A DNA stretch of 22,216 bases from Armatimonadia bacterium (GTDB lineage: Bacteria; Armatimonadota; Zipacnadia; Zipacnadales; UBA11051). The stretch's first letter is position 1, and the number at the start of each line of letters is the position of its first letter. The translations under genes and the position numbers were made by a program. The notes beneath the pieces were generated by a model. It worked only from the letters and a program-made list of their open reading frames with translations. It was not told the origin of the DNA and did no database searches. The stretch spans positions 1 through 22,216 of the forward strand of contig JBDKRC010000057.1 of the NCBI GenBank assembly GCA_039683575.1. Direction: 5' to 3'. Below, one piece after another: positions 1 through 8,418 of the stretch.

Positions 1-570
1 CTGCTCGAGCAGGTCTACGCAGTGGTTGCCCATGTCAATGAAGCTGCCGCCGCCACCGAGTTCCGGGTTCTGGCGGAAGGCACCAGGGATGGGCGGGTAC
101 CAGCAGGTGAGCTCGGCACGGCCCATGACGAGGGTGCCGAGTTCGCCGTTATCCACCATCTGCTTGAGCGCCTGATGGCAGGAGTGGTAGCGCATCATGA
201 AGTTGACGCCTAGCTTGACGTTGCGGGCGGCGCATTCCTCGACCACTTCCTCGCACTGGGCGAGGGTGAGGGCGAGGGGCTTTTCGCACAGGATGTGCTT
301 GCCGGCCTCGGCTGCGGCCATTACCTGTCCGTGGTGCAGGTGGGTCGGCGTCGCGATGTAGACCGCCTGGACGTTGCTATCGTTGAGCAAGTCGTATTCG
401 CTGGTGTAGACGGCGGAGACGCCGAACTTCTCGGCGACGGCCTTCACGCGGTCTCCGGCGACGTCCTGGACGGCGACGAGCTCGGCGTCCGGGCAGGCCA
501 TGATCCCTTCAGGAATGGTGCGGCGTTCGGCGATGCCACCGGCTCCGATGACTCCCCATTTGATTGCCAT
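1..570 (-). CDS. Gfo/Idh/MocA family oxidoreductase (5' part; runs off the left edge of the window)
   Basis: Manual translation of the minus strand from ATG at 570 gives MAIKWGVIGAGGIAERRTIPEGIMACPDAELVAVQD..., a Rossmann GxGxxA start typical of the family. GGAGG RBS at 583-579. Absent from the ORF track because it is truncated. Confidence 0.9.
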   Translation of the reverse strand, partial: MAIKWGVIGAGGIAERRTIPEGIMACPDAELVAVQDVAGDRVKAVAEKFGVSAVYTSEYDLLNDSNVQAVYIATPTHLHHGQVMAAAEAGKHILCEKPLALTLAQCEEVVEECAARNVKLGVNFMMRYHSCHQALKQMVDNGELGTLVMGRAELTCWYPPIPGAFRQNPELGGGGSFIDMGNHCVDLLEQ

Positions 571-651
571 GTCACATACCTCCATCAAACTTGTAGTAAG
601 CTCACATGCAGCATGTGGAGCGGACTTTTGTGTCGCCCTCCCCAAATGACC

Positions 652-873
652 TCAACCTGCCCCTTTGCCCAGTTGGCTAAGCCGAGCCGCCCTCGGTTTT
701 CGCGAGACATCGGCTCTGCGCCATCTCCCGTCAAAGTCCTCTATGTAGAATTGCCCATTCAGGCCCAGACGAACGGCGTGCAAGTTACCATTCAAGCAGG
801 TTGTGCCACATCTACGCCCCTTTGCGTCGGGGAAATCCAGCCATTCGACTGGATTGGTCACATGGATAGGCAT
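652..873 (-). CDS. small hypothetical protein (73 aa)
   Basis: ATG preceded by a GGAAGGA RBS-like sequence, 22 bp after the stop of the co-oriented 896-1675 gene. No recognisable family. Confidence 0.45.
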   Translation of the reverse strand: MPIHVTNPVEWLDFPDAKGRRCGTTCLNGNLHAVRLGLNGQFYIEDFDGRWRRADVSRKPRAARLSQLGKGAG

Positions 874-895
874 TGATCTTCGTTCCTTCCGGAGT

Positions 896-1675
896 TCAGT
901 AGTAGGAGATGATCTCTACGTCGCTCAGCTCGTACACAGATCCTGTCCAGTTCCGCCCCGTGAGTGTTCCCTCAATTGTCAGCATCTGTTTCTTGTTGAG
1001 GGAGAGCGCCAGCGTTGCCTGTCTCAACGAGAAAACGGTGTTTGTGCTGAACATCGTGCTGGTGGGAACTTCGCTGCAGTCCATTGACACTCGATGCTCG
1101 ACATCGACGTTAATGACCTCTCCCCTCCATCTGACTCGTTTTCGCAAGACAGATTGCCATAGGGTGTCTCGCATGGCGTAAGATTGTGCAGAGGTCAGTG
1201 GATGGTCGGCATGTGAGACGGGATCAAGATACCAGTTCAGGTACTCAATAGTGATCTTCCGATCCAGCGTCCCCCTTGTGACAGCAGGCGCTGGCGGAGT
1301 GGTTGCTAGCGCCGCTGGGACCTGCTCTGAGGTCGCCGACGGCGCCTGCGCAGGGTCGACGTTCGAACGCGATGGCGCGACCGACGGCGCCTTGGGTGCC
1401 TCCTGTCTTTCCAGCGCCACAGTCAACCAAGGCAGCAACGCCACTGCGGCGACCATGGACATGCCGATCAGCGCAGCTAGCAACACCCTAACGAGTGCAG
1501 GAGGCAGAGACGGAACGACAGGCGGGACTACTGGCGGCACATTCGGAGAGATTGATGGTTCGGTGGGTCGCACTTCCCCTTCGGCCGAGGAGGCCCGTCG
1601 GGCGCGTATCTGATCCAGTACTCTTCTCTGGACGCTTCTTGCCACTAGTCTCACCCCATTGCTCGAGGTGGTCAA
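896..1675 (-). CDS. membrane-anchored hypothetical protein: one TM helix, Pro/Ala linker, probable C-terminal OB-fold (tRNA_anti-like)
   Basis: Hydrophobic segment VLLAALIGMSMVAAVALLPWL; P/A/S/T-rich linker; C-terminal pattern 'RVRWRGEVINV...LNKKQMLTIEGTL' resembles OB-fold proteins. Start codon uncertain. Confidence 0.65.
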   Translation of the reverse strand: MTTSSNGVRLVARSVQRRVLDQIRARRASSAEGEVRPTEPSISPNVPPVVPPVVPSLPPALVRVLLAALIGMSMVAAVALLPWLTVALERQEAPKAPSVAPSRSNVDPAQAPSATSEQVPAALATTPPAPAVTRGTLDRKITIEYLNWYLDPVSHADHPLTSAQSYAMRDTLWQSVLRKRVRWRGEVINVDVEHRVSMDCSEVPTSTMFSTNTVFSLRQATLALSLNKKQMLTIEGTLTGRNWTGSVYELSDVEIISYY

Positions 1676-1684
1676 TCGTCTGCG

Positions 1685-2473
1685 TTAGCGGTATACCCAC
1701 TCATGGCCGGCGTCTATGAACTCGACCGGCAGGTTTGGCAGTTGCTCTTGCAGCAGCCGGGCGAAGTTGCGCATGCCGGGGTTCTCGCTGCCGACGTGCG
1801 AGGTCTCAATGAAGCCGATCCCGGCGTCTATGGCCGCGCGGATGCTGTAGTCTATGGCTTCGCCGACGATGACGGCATCAGCGCCGTTCATCAGGAACTC
1901 GTCCACGTAGTCATAGCGCTGCGCAAGGCCCCCGTAGGCGATGCCGACCTTTTCCACGGCGCGGGCCAGATCACCTGCAATACGGACGATCGGCAAGCCG
2001 AGGCGGAGCTTGGCCCACTGAGCCAACTCGGCGAGCGTCTGGCGGGGAATCTCGTACACGCGCACGAAGTGGGATTCGTGGATGGGGTCGCCAAACTCGA
2101 GCTGGTTGGCGATGGAGTCGGCGACGCCCTGGCCGGCCGTGCCGTCCCAGTTAGAGTGGCAGCGGCAAATGACCAGCTTGTGATCGTCCGCTACCTTGTG
2201 TCGGGCGATGTTGTGGGGGCGTCCGTCGGTCGGATAGGTGGCGAACCAACTGGATGGTGAACTGGCGAAGAAGGGATGTTCGTGGCTGAGGACGAAGTTG
2301 AGGCCACTGGCAGCGGCTTGGCGGAGGACTTTGACGGTGGTGGTCCAAGTCACGGCAAGGCCCGTGATCTCCTGGTCCGGGTCGCCATAGAGCAGGCCGT
2401 TGGGATCACCCTCGATGCCGTTCTCCAGCGGCGCGATCTGTAGCACGACTTGTTCGATTTCTCGGGCGGTCAT
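1685..2473 (-). CDS. Nif3-like dinuclear metal-centre protein (YbgI/DUF34 family)
   Basis: Motifs 'GLLYGDPDQEITGLAV', 'SHEHPFF', 'CHSNWD' and 'ETSHVGSE'. Start placed at ATG 2473 (MTARE) with GGAGG RBS rather than at 2548. Confidence 0.9.
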   Translation of the reverse strand: MTAREIEQVVLQIAPLENGIEGDPNGLLYGDPDQEITGLAVTWTTTVKVLRQAAASGLNFVLSHEHPFFASSPSSWFATYPTDGRPHNIARHKVADDHKLVICRCHSNWDGTAGQGVADSIANQLEFGDPIHESHFVRVYEIPRQTLAELAQWAKLRLGLPIVRIAGDLARAVEKVGIAYGGLAQRYDYVDEFLMNGADAVIVGEAIDYSIRAAIDAGIGFIETSHVGSENPGMRNFARLLQEQLPNLPVEFIDAGHEWVYR

Positions 2474-2509
2474 GGGCGTCCTCCGGCTTGGCGATTGCGA
2501 GGCAGGGGC

Positions 2510-2538
2510 ATTGTACCGATGGCCCGTGAGTGAGTCAA
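2510..2538 (-). promoter_or_regulatory. sigma70-type promoter for the Nif3-like gene
   Basis: Minus strand TTGACT-N17-TACAAT, ending 37 bp before the ATG at 2473. Confidence 0.7.
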
Positions 2539-2582
2539 ACTCAGGCACAGAGCCGCTATTGCCCGGTATTGTCAGCGGGCCT

Positions 2583-2612
2583 ATGGCATCCGTTCTCCTT
2601 TTGTTCTATAAT
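2583..2612 (+). promoter_or_regulatory. putative sigma70 promoter for the aldolase operon
   Basis: Perfect TATAAT at 2607-2612 with a weak -35 candidate (ATGGCA, 18-bp spacer), about 50 bp before ATG 2663. Confidence 0.5.
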
Positions 2613-2662
2613 GTGGGGCCGTGCCCCCAGGTTCATCTTCCAGCGAATTGGGTGAGTTAGCA

Positions 2663-3436
2663 ATGATCGATAAGCAACAGCGGCTGGCCGAACTGGTCGC
2701 GATGTCGCGGCGGCTCGGCGCTCCCGAGGCCGATTGCGCCATGCTCGGTGAGGGCAACACCTCGACCTGCGCCAGTGAACACACATTCTTTGTCAAGGCC
2801 AGTGGCTATCAGTTGCCGTGCATCGAGGAGCAGGGCTTCACCGAGGTGCGGTTTGACACGGCGTTGTCTCTGCTTGAGGCCGATGACATCTCCGATGCGA
2901 ACGTGAAGAATGTGTTGCACGAGGCCCAGGTTGACCCGAACGCGCCTCGGCCGTCGGTTGAAACCATTCTACACGCACTGCTGCTGCGTCTGCCCGGCGT
3001 GGAGTACGTGGCGCATACCCATCCGACCATGGTGAACGCGGTGCTGTGCGCCAAGGAGGGCAAAGAGGCCTTCCGCGGGCGGCTGTTCCCCGACGAGATC
3101 GTGTGCTGCGGCTCGAACTATGTCTGGATCCCGTTCACCGACCCGGGCGCGCCACTGGCGCGGAAGGTGAATGATGAGGTGGCCCAGTTCGTCAGCGACA
3201 ACGGCTTCCTCCCCAAGGTCATCCTGATGCAGAACCACGGGATGATCGCCTTCGGTCCGACGACGGCGGCAGTGGAGAACGCGACGCTGATGATGGTCAA
3301 GACGGCGCGGGTGTTGCTCGGGACGTATGCGCTTGGTGGACCCAACTTCCTGCCTGAGACTATCGTGGACCGCATCGTGTCCCGACCAGATGAGAAATAT
3401 CGCGAGCAACTGCTCGAGTCCTTCAAGAGAGGCTGA
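2663..3436 (+). CDS. class II aldolase/adducin family protein (RhaD-like)
   Basis: Motifs 'GEGNTS', 'VKASG', 'PSVETILH', 'HTHP' and 'MQNHG' (Zn-binding His triad). Start placed at ATG 2663 after GGTGAG. Confidence 0.9.
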   Translation: MIDKQQRLAELVAMSRRLGAPEADCAMLGEGNTSTCASEHTFFVKASGYQLPCIEEQGFTEVRFDTALSLLEADDISDANVKNVLHEAQVDPNAPRPSVETILHALLLRLPGVEYVAHTHPTMVNAVLCAKEGKEAFRGRLFPDEIVCCGSNYVWIPFTDPGAPLARKVNDEVAQFVSDNGFLPKVILMQNHGMIAFGPTTAAVENATLMMVKTARVLLGTYALGGPNFLPETIVDRIVSRPDEKYREQLLESFKRG

Positions 3437-3441
3437 TCAGC

Positions 3442-5169
3442 ATGTCTTTTGCCAGTTTCCGCAGTGGACAAGATCCCATCCCCGCCGTTAACCACGTCTG
3501 GCACCTGTATGGCGAAGGACTGGATAGCGTCGGCAAGGATGCTAGCTATGAATCGAAGCCGATGCCGGAATACGGCGCCGATGAGCTGCTCGCGCGAGTG
3601 GACGCCTGTGGGCTGTGCTTCTCTGACGTGAAGGTCATCCGGCAGGGCGGTTCACATCCCCGGCTGTACAACCGAGACCTCGCCAATGACCCCATCATCC
3701 TCGGCCATGAGGTCGGCATGACCATCGTGGGCGTGGGCGAGAACATGAAGTCACAGTTCGAGGTCGGCGACCGGTTCGTCATCCAGGCCGACATCTATCA
3801 CAAGGGCGTCAATCTCGCTTTCGGTTACATGCTGCCCGGTGGCCTTGAGCAGTACGTCAAGCTGGGCGAAGAGGTCCTCCGTGGCGACGACGGTTGCTAC
3901 CTGATTCCTGTCCACGAGGGAACTGGCTATGCCGAGGCGGCGCTGGCCGAGCCGTGGGCGTGCGTGGTGCGGGCCTACCGCGACACCCGGCGCAGCGGAC
4001 TGAAGCAGGGCGGCAAGGCGTGGATAGTGGGCAGCCGTGAAGGTGAGCGCTATAGCTACGAGATGGGCGGCATGGACACAACCACGCTGCCGAGTGAACT
4101 GGTGGTGACGAATTGCCCACAGCGTTTCGTTGAATCTTTGACCAACCTGGCCGAGATCGCGAGCATCAAGCTCTCAAATGCCGACGGCGAGGACTACGAA
4201 GCCATCGCCCAGAGGCATGCACCGGATGGTTTTGACGAGATCATTGTTCTGGGCGGCGACGCGGCACTGATCGAGACCTTGTCCAAGCTTCTCGGCAAGG
4301 ACGCCGTGATGACCATCATCCGCGAGGAGCCCCTGGACCGCATGGCTGAAATCGACGTAGGCCGGGTGCACTACGACGCCCACCAGTACGTCGCGGCCAG
4401 CCCCGCTCGGCCCCTTGGAGGCTATCAGCACCCGCGGCCACTGAAGCTTCAGCAGGACGGCCTGTGCTGGATTTGCGGGGCGGGCGGCCCGATGGGCATG
4501 ATGCACGTCCAGCTTGCCATCGAAGCGTCCGATGGTCCGCGAACCGTTGTCTGCACCGATATTGACACCGACCGTCTGAGCCGCATCCCGATCCGCTTTG
4601 GCGACGCGGCCAAGAAGCGTGGTTGCGAACTGATCCTGCTCAACCCGAAGGAACTGGGCGACCAGTTCGAGGTTGAACTGAACAGGATCGCGCCCGAGGG
4701 TTACGACGACGTCGTCTGTCTCGTCCCGGTACCTGTGATCATCAGCCAATGCAGCCGCTTCCTCGGCAAGCGCGGTGTGTTCAACATTTTCGCCGGTGTG
4801 GCGCGTGGCACGATGGCGAAGATGGACATGAACAAGGTCATCGAGAACAATGTGCGCTTCTTCGGCAGCAGCGGGTCTTCGATAGACGACCTGAAGATGA
4901 CCCTGAGCCTGGCCGAGCGTGGCGAACTCTCGCCGAACATGGCCGTTGCAGCTGTGGGCGGCATCGAGGCTGTCAAAGACGGGCTGACGGCCGTTTCCGA
5001 GAGCGCCATGCCGGGGAAGATCGTCATCTACCCGCACATCATGAACCTTCCCATGACCCCGCTGCCGCAGCTCAAGGATGTGCTGCCCGATGTCGCGGCG
5101 AAGCTCGGTCCGGACGACACTTGGACCCGTGAAGCGGAGCAGGCGTTGCTCCAGCATTTCCTCGGATAA
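3442..5169 (+). CDS. Zn-dependent medium-chain dehydrogenase, L-sorbose-1-phosphate reductase (SorE)-like, with duplicated Rossmann domain
   Basis: Motifs 'CGLCFSD', 'LGHE', 'LAEPWAC', the SorE-like 'GAGGPMG' and 'VCTDID'. Length 575 aa, far longer than a typical ~350-420 aa MDR. Confidence 0.85.
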   Translation: MSFASFRSGQDPIPAVNHVWHLYGEGLDSVGKDASYESKPMPEYGADELLARVDACGLCFSDVKVIRQGGSHPRLYNRDLANDPIILGHEVGMTIVGVGENMKSQFEVGDRFVIQADIYHKGVNLAFGYMLPGGLEQYVKLGEEVLRGDDGCYLIPVHEGTGYAEAALAEPWACVVRAYRDTRRSGLKQGGKAWIVGSREGERYSYEMGGMDTTTLPSELVVTNCPQRFVESLTNLAEIASIKLSNADGEDYEAIAQRHAPDGFDEIIVLGGDAALIETLSKLLGKDAVMTIIREEPLDRMAEIDVGRVHYDAHQYVAASPARPLGGYQHPRPLKLQQDGLCWICGAGGPMGMMHVQLAIEASDGPRTVVCTDIDTDRLSRIPIRFGDAAKKRGCELILLNPKELGDQFEVELNRIAPEGYDDVVCLVPVPVIISQCSRFLGKRGVFNIFAGVARGTMAKMDMNKVIENNVRFFGSSGSSIDDLKMTLSLAERGELSPNMAVAAVGGIEAVKDGLTAVSESAMPGKIVIYPHIMNLPMTPLPQLKDVLPDVAAKLGPDDTWTREAEQALLQHFLG

Positions 5170-5209
5170 TCTACCGCTCCGCACCGCGGAGCACAGACTG
5201 TGAGTGGTT

Positions 5210-6007
5210 ATGATGGCTGAAACTCGTCTTGCCGGCAAAATCGCGCTGGTCACAGGAGGCGCCCAGGGCCTCGGAGCAGCACTGTGCGAGCGGCTTGCCC
5301 GCGAGGGCGCGAACGTCGTGGTGCTGGACCTCAATGCTGCTGGCGCCCAGGAGACGGCCGCGAAACTGGCCGCTGACTATGGCGTGCAGGTTGTCGGGCT
5401 GGGCTGCGACATTACGAGCGAAGAGAGCGTCGCGGCCGCCTTCGAGCAGATCAGGACCCAGTTCGGTCGCCTGGACATCTGTGTCAGCAACGCCGGCATA
5501 CTCATGTCCGGCGAGATCACTGAGTTCGACGTGGCCAAGTGGCGCAAAGTGGTGGAAGTGAACCTCGTCGGCTACATGATCGTTGCCAAGTACGCGGCGA
5601 AGATCATGATCCCGCAGGGCTCAGGCGTGATCGTGCAGATCAACAGCAAGTCCGGCAAGAAGGGCAGCAACAAGAATAGCGCATACGCTGCCAGCAAGTT
5701 CGGCGGTATCGGCCTGACCCAGAGCCTGGCACTTGAATTGGCGCCATACAAGATCCGCGTCAACGCCCTGTGCCCCGGCAATCTGCTGGACTCGCCGCTA
5801 TGGGTGGACAGTCTCTACGAGCAGTACGCCAAGCGCTGGAACATGACGGTGGAGCAGGTGCGGCAGAAGTACCTCGACCAGGTGCCGCTGCATCGTGGTT
5901 GCGCGTACGAAGACGTCGCTAACGCGATGGTCTTCATGTGCCTGGACGACTCGTCCTATATTACCGGCCAGGCCCTCAACGTAGACGGAGGACAGACGAT
6001 GCACTAG
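5210..6007 (+). CDS. srlD: sorbitol-6-phosphate dehydrogenase-like SDR
   Basis: TGGAQGLG and NAG motifs plus the SrlD-characteristic 'QINSKSGKKGSNKNSAYAASKFGG', 'GNLLDSPLW' and 'YLDQVPLHRGCAYEDV'. Start could be 5204, 5210 or 5213. Confidence 0.85.
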   Translation: MMAETRLAGKIALVTGGAQGLGAALCERLAREGANVVVLDLNAAGAQETAAKLAADYGVQVVGLGCDITSEESVAAAFEQIRTQFGRLDICVSNAGILMSGEITEFDVAKWRKVVEVNLVGYMIVAKYAAKIMIPQGSGVIVQINSKSGKKGSNKNSAYAASKFGGIGLTQSLALELAPYKIRVNALCPGNLLDSPLWVDSLYEQYAKRWNMTVEQVRQKYLDQVPLHRGCAYEDVANAMVFMCLDDSSYITGQALNVDGGQTMH

Positions 6008-6031
6008 CTTGTGCTGTCTCGGTTGAACCCC

Positions 6032-6067
6032 AAAGCGCCTGTGGGAACTTCCCCAGGCGCTTTTTTT
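6032..6067 (+). terminator. Rho-independent terminator of the sugar operon
   Basis: AAAGCGCCTG(T)GGGA-act-TCCCCAGGCGC hairpin followed by T7, 25 bp after the srlD stop. Confidence 0.85.
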
Positions 6068-6183
6068 GCTACTGCCAATCCCCTCCCAAACATCAGGCTC
6101 TCCCCTATATGCTTCATCTTCCCACGCAGGTAACCTCATGATGAGCCACGGTCGTGGCTCAGACCAAGATGAGGTGGTTTCGT

Positions 6184-6801
6184 ATGCGTAGGTATCTGGC
6201 GGTACTCCTTCCTATATGCGGGCTGATCGTGGCGTCTTTGGCCCTGGCAGGCTGGAATCCCACTCCCATGAGCGCCACGAGCGAGCAAAAGGCGCTCTCC
6301 AAACAGATGTCCACCTGTGTGCAGCCCGAGCAGATGAGCCTCTCGGACATGAACCAGGAGAACGCGCTGTGCCCAATGGTCATGCCGATGAAGTCTACCA
6401 CCACAGACGGTCAGGTGAGCATGTGCCCGATCAGGGCGGATCAGGCCATACCCGCTGACGCGACCATGATCACCATTCTGGTGCCGGTCAGCTTCACGCA
6501 GATAGATGGCAAGCAAGTCATGGATGTCAACGTCGACAGCGACCTGGCGAGCTCAGTAGTGCTTATGTCCATGTCCTGCAACGGGCAGAACGTATTGCAG
6601 CCGATGAAACTGACTCCGGCCGGCGATGATGTCATCCTCCTGGTACCGCTGAACGCGGCTTCCATCACACAGCCCGCGTCGGTGCCGGTCTATGTGGAAG
6701 GCGAGATGAAGATGGTGCCTGTGGATGAATCGATCAGCACCAGCGGCTTGGCTGTTGAGTGCAGCGCACAGGGCCAGACAAAAGTCATGTGTGGCAAGTG
6801 A
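6184..6801 (+). CDS. exported Met/Cys-rich hypothetical protein
   Basis: ATG 6184 after GAGGTGG; signal peptide MRRYLAVLLPICGLIVASLALA; about 17 Met and 7 Cys in 205 aa. Confidence 0.75.
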   Translation: MRRYLAVLLPICGLIVASLALAGWNPTPMSATSEQKALSKQMSTCVQPEQMSLSDMNQENALCPMVMPMKSTTTDGQVSMCPIRADQAIPADATMITILVPVSFTQIDGKQVMDVNVDSDLASSVVLMSMSCNGQNVLQPMKLTPAGDDVILLVPLNAASITQPASVPVYVEGEMKMVPVDESISTSGLAVECSAQGQTKVMCGK

Positions 6802-6840
6802 CATTCCCCGGCAAGTCATCTTAGCGGCCTACTGACCCAG

Positions 6841-6881
6841 GATTGCGTTCAGGCCGATGAACCGTCGGCCTGAACGCAATC
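6841..6881. repeat. perfect 17-bp inverted repeat (hairpin)
   Basis: GATTGCGTTCAGGCCGA (6841-6857) and TCGGCCTGAACGCAATC (6865-6881) are exact reverse complements. Confidence 0.9.
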
Positions 6882-6976
6882 GTCTGTTGTTTTGAGCGCT
6901 TCTTGATGCCGCTTTCACCACGAACCACGCAACCGTCTGGTAAGCTCAGGGCATTCTCAACCGCGGAGGCGTTGCC

Positions 6977-7621
6977 ATGCGCAGGGGCTTCACTCTTATT
7001 GAGCTGTTGGTGGTGATCGCGATCATAGCGATCCTGGCGGCCATTCTGTTCCCGGTCTTTGCCAAGGCCCGGGAGAAGGCGCGCCAATCGAACTGTCTAT
7101 CCAACGTCCGCCAGATCGGCACCGCGCTGGCCATGTATACCGATGACTATGACGAGACGCTGCCGCGTTACAGCAACGGCACCGTCATGGTCAGCGGTAG
7201 CCCGCAGATTCAGACCTGGGCACGCGTCCTCAAGCCCTACGTCAAGAACGATCAGATCTTCCTCTGCCCCAGCAAGAAAGCGACAGGCTGGATGGGCGAG
7301 GCCGACGCAGACAGCGTCTGGGCGCCCGGCGGCTATGGCGTCAACTCGGGCTATCTTCTCACCGGCACAGGCTACAGCGTAGTGGCGCTCTCCCAGGTCG
7401 ATGACCCTGCAGGCACCATTGCCGCCGGCGAGCGCGCAGGGCTGAACACAGCGCGCCTGTATACCCCCCAAAGCGAAGGCGGCGCCGGCGCGAACCCGCC
7501 GTGCAATGTGGACACCCGCCATAACGACGGCTCCAACTTTCTCTTCCTGGACGGCCACGCCAAGTTCTTCGCAAAAACCGGCGCGTGGATGAAGGATGAT
7601 AGCATGTGGGACTGGAACTAG
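6977..7621 (+). CDS. prepilin-type N-terminal cleavage/methylation protein with H-X9-DG motif (DUF1559-like), copy 1
   Basis: [10 protein letters not shown] type IV pilin leader; 'QIFLCPS'; '[16 protein letters not shown]'; GGAGG RBS. Confidence 0.95.
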   Translation: MRRGFTLIELLVVIAIIAILAAILFPVFAKAREKARQSNCLSNVRQIGTALAMYTDDYDETLPRYSNGTVMVSGSPQIQTWARVLKPYVKNDQIFLCPSKKATGWMGEADADSVWAPGGYGVNSGYLLTGTGYSVVALSQVDDPAGTIAAGERAGLNTARLYTPQSEGGAGANPPCNVDTRHNDGSNFLFLDGHAKFFAKTGAWMKDDSMWDWN

Positions 7622-7641
7622 TCTCACGTTAAGCGAGCAAA

Positions 7642-7671
7642 GTGAGGCTCGCCTTCCAAGGCGAGCCTCAC
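7642..7671. repeat. perfect 14-bp inverted repeat between the prepilin genes
   Basis: GTGAGGCTCGCCTT-cc-AAGGCGAGCCTCAC with no U-tract. Confidence 0.85.
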
Positions 7672-7696
7672 GCGCGAATCCCAGGAGGGTTACATC

Positions 7697-8314
7697 ATGC
7701 GCCGTGGTTTCACACTCATTGAGCTGTTGGTGGTCATAGCGATAATCGCCATTCTCGCCGCCATTCTCTTCCCTGTCTTCGCCAAGGCTCGTGAAAAAGC
7801 CCGCCAATCAAGCTGCCTGTCAAACATCAAGCAGATCTGCCTGGCGACTATGCAGTATGCCCAGGACTATGATGAGACGCTGCCCTCTTACTATAGCGGC
7901 GCTCCCCGCGTCAACGTACAGTCCCGCATTCAGCCCTATCTGAAGAACCTGCAGATCTGGGTCTGCCCCTCCGCCTCGGCCGTATACGGCATCTACTGGG
8001 ACGGCAATGCCGGCTGGCCCCCCACCATCTTTGGCCCCCAGGGCTCCTACGGCTGGAGCAACCGCGTCATCAACGGAGTCCGACTCGGCCAGCTCCAGAC
8101 GCCCGCCGAGACCGGGATGTGGTCAGACGCGGTCATCACCACCAGCGGCGCGTTCACGATCTTGTGGGAGAACAACTACTACCGCACCGCCGCGCCCCAC
8201 AATGACGGTGGCAACATGGGCTTCTGCGACGGCCATGCCAAGTGGCTCAACAAGCAGGACTTGTATGTTGGTACGCCCAATGCGTCACCCGCGGCGCCGT
8301 GGGACAAGCTGTAA
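7697..8314 (+). CDS. prepilin-type N-terminal cleavage/methylation protein with H-X9-DG motif (DUF1559-like), copy 2
   Basis: Same leader as copy 1; 'QIWVCPS'; '[16 protein letters not shown]'; AGGAGG RBS. Confidence 0.95.
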   Translation: MRRGFTLIELLVVIAIIAILAAILFPVFAKAREKARQSSCLSNIKQICLATMQYAQDYDETLPSYYSGAPRVNVQSRIQPYLKNLQIWVCPSASAVYGIYWDGNAGWPPTIFGPQGSYGWSNRVINGVRLGQLQTPAETGMWSDAVITTSGAFTILWENNYYRTAAPHNDGGNMGFCDGHAKWLNKQDLYVGTPNASPAAPWDKL

Positions 8315-8333
8315 CCAGCCAGACGCGCATAGC

Positions 8334-8368
8334 AAAAACGCCACCCTCAACCGAGGGTGGCGTTTCTC
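8334..8368. terminator. probably bidirectional intrinsic terminator between convergent prepilin gene and ilvC
   Basis: AAAAACGCCACCCTC-aacc-GAGGGTGGCGTTT: 13-bp stem with an A5 run on the left (U-tract for the minus strand) and TTTCTC on the right. Confidence 0.85.
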
Positions 8369-8418
8369 TATCCGACTGTTTTCCGTTTTCTGTCTCTTCT
8401 GTTTTCGCCTTTTGCCTT

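Noticed and set aside
295-876. 193-aa + strand ORF
   Set aside because: Overlaps the clearly recognisable Gfo/Idh/MocA gene on the opposite strand.
4174-5334. 386-aa minus-strand ORF
   Set aside because: Antisense shadow of the MDR and srlD genes; no motifs.
6977-8314. DGR template/variable repeat pair or pilin gene-conversion cassette
   Set aside because: Differences in the shared region are mostly synonymous and not adenine-specific. Both copies are full genes with an RBS, and no reverse transcriptase or recombinase is in the window.
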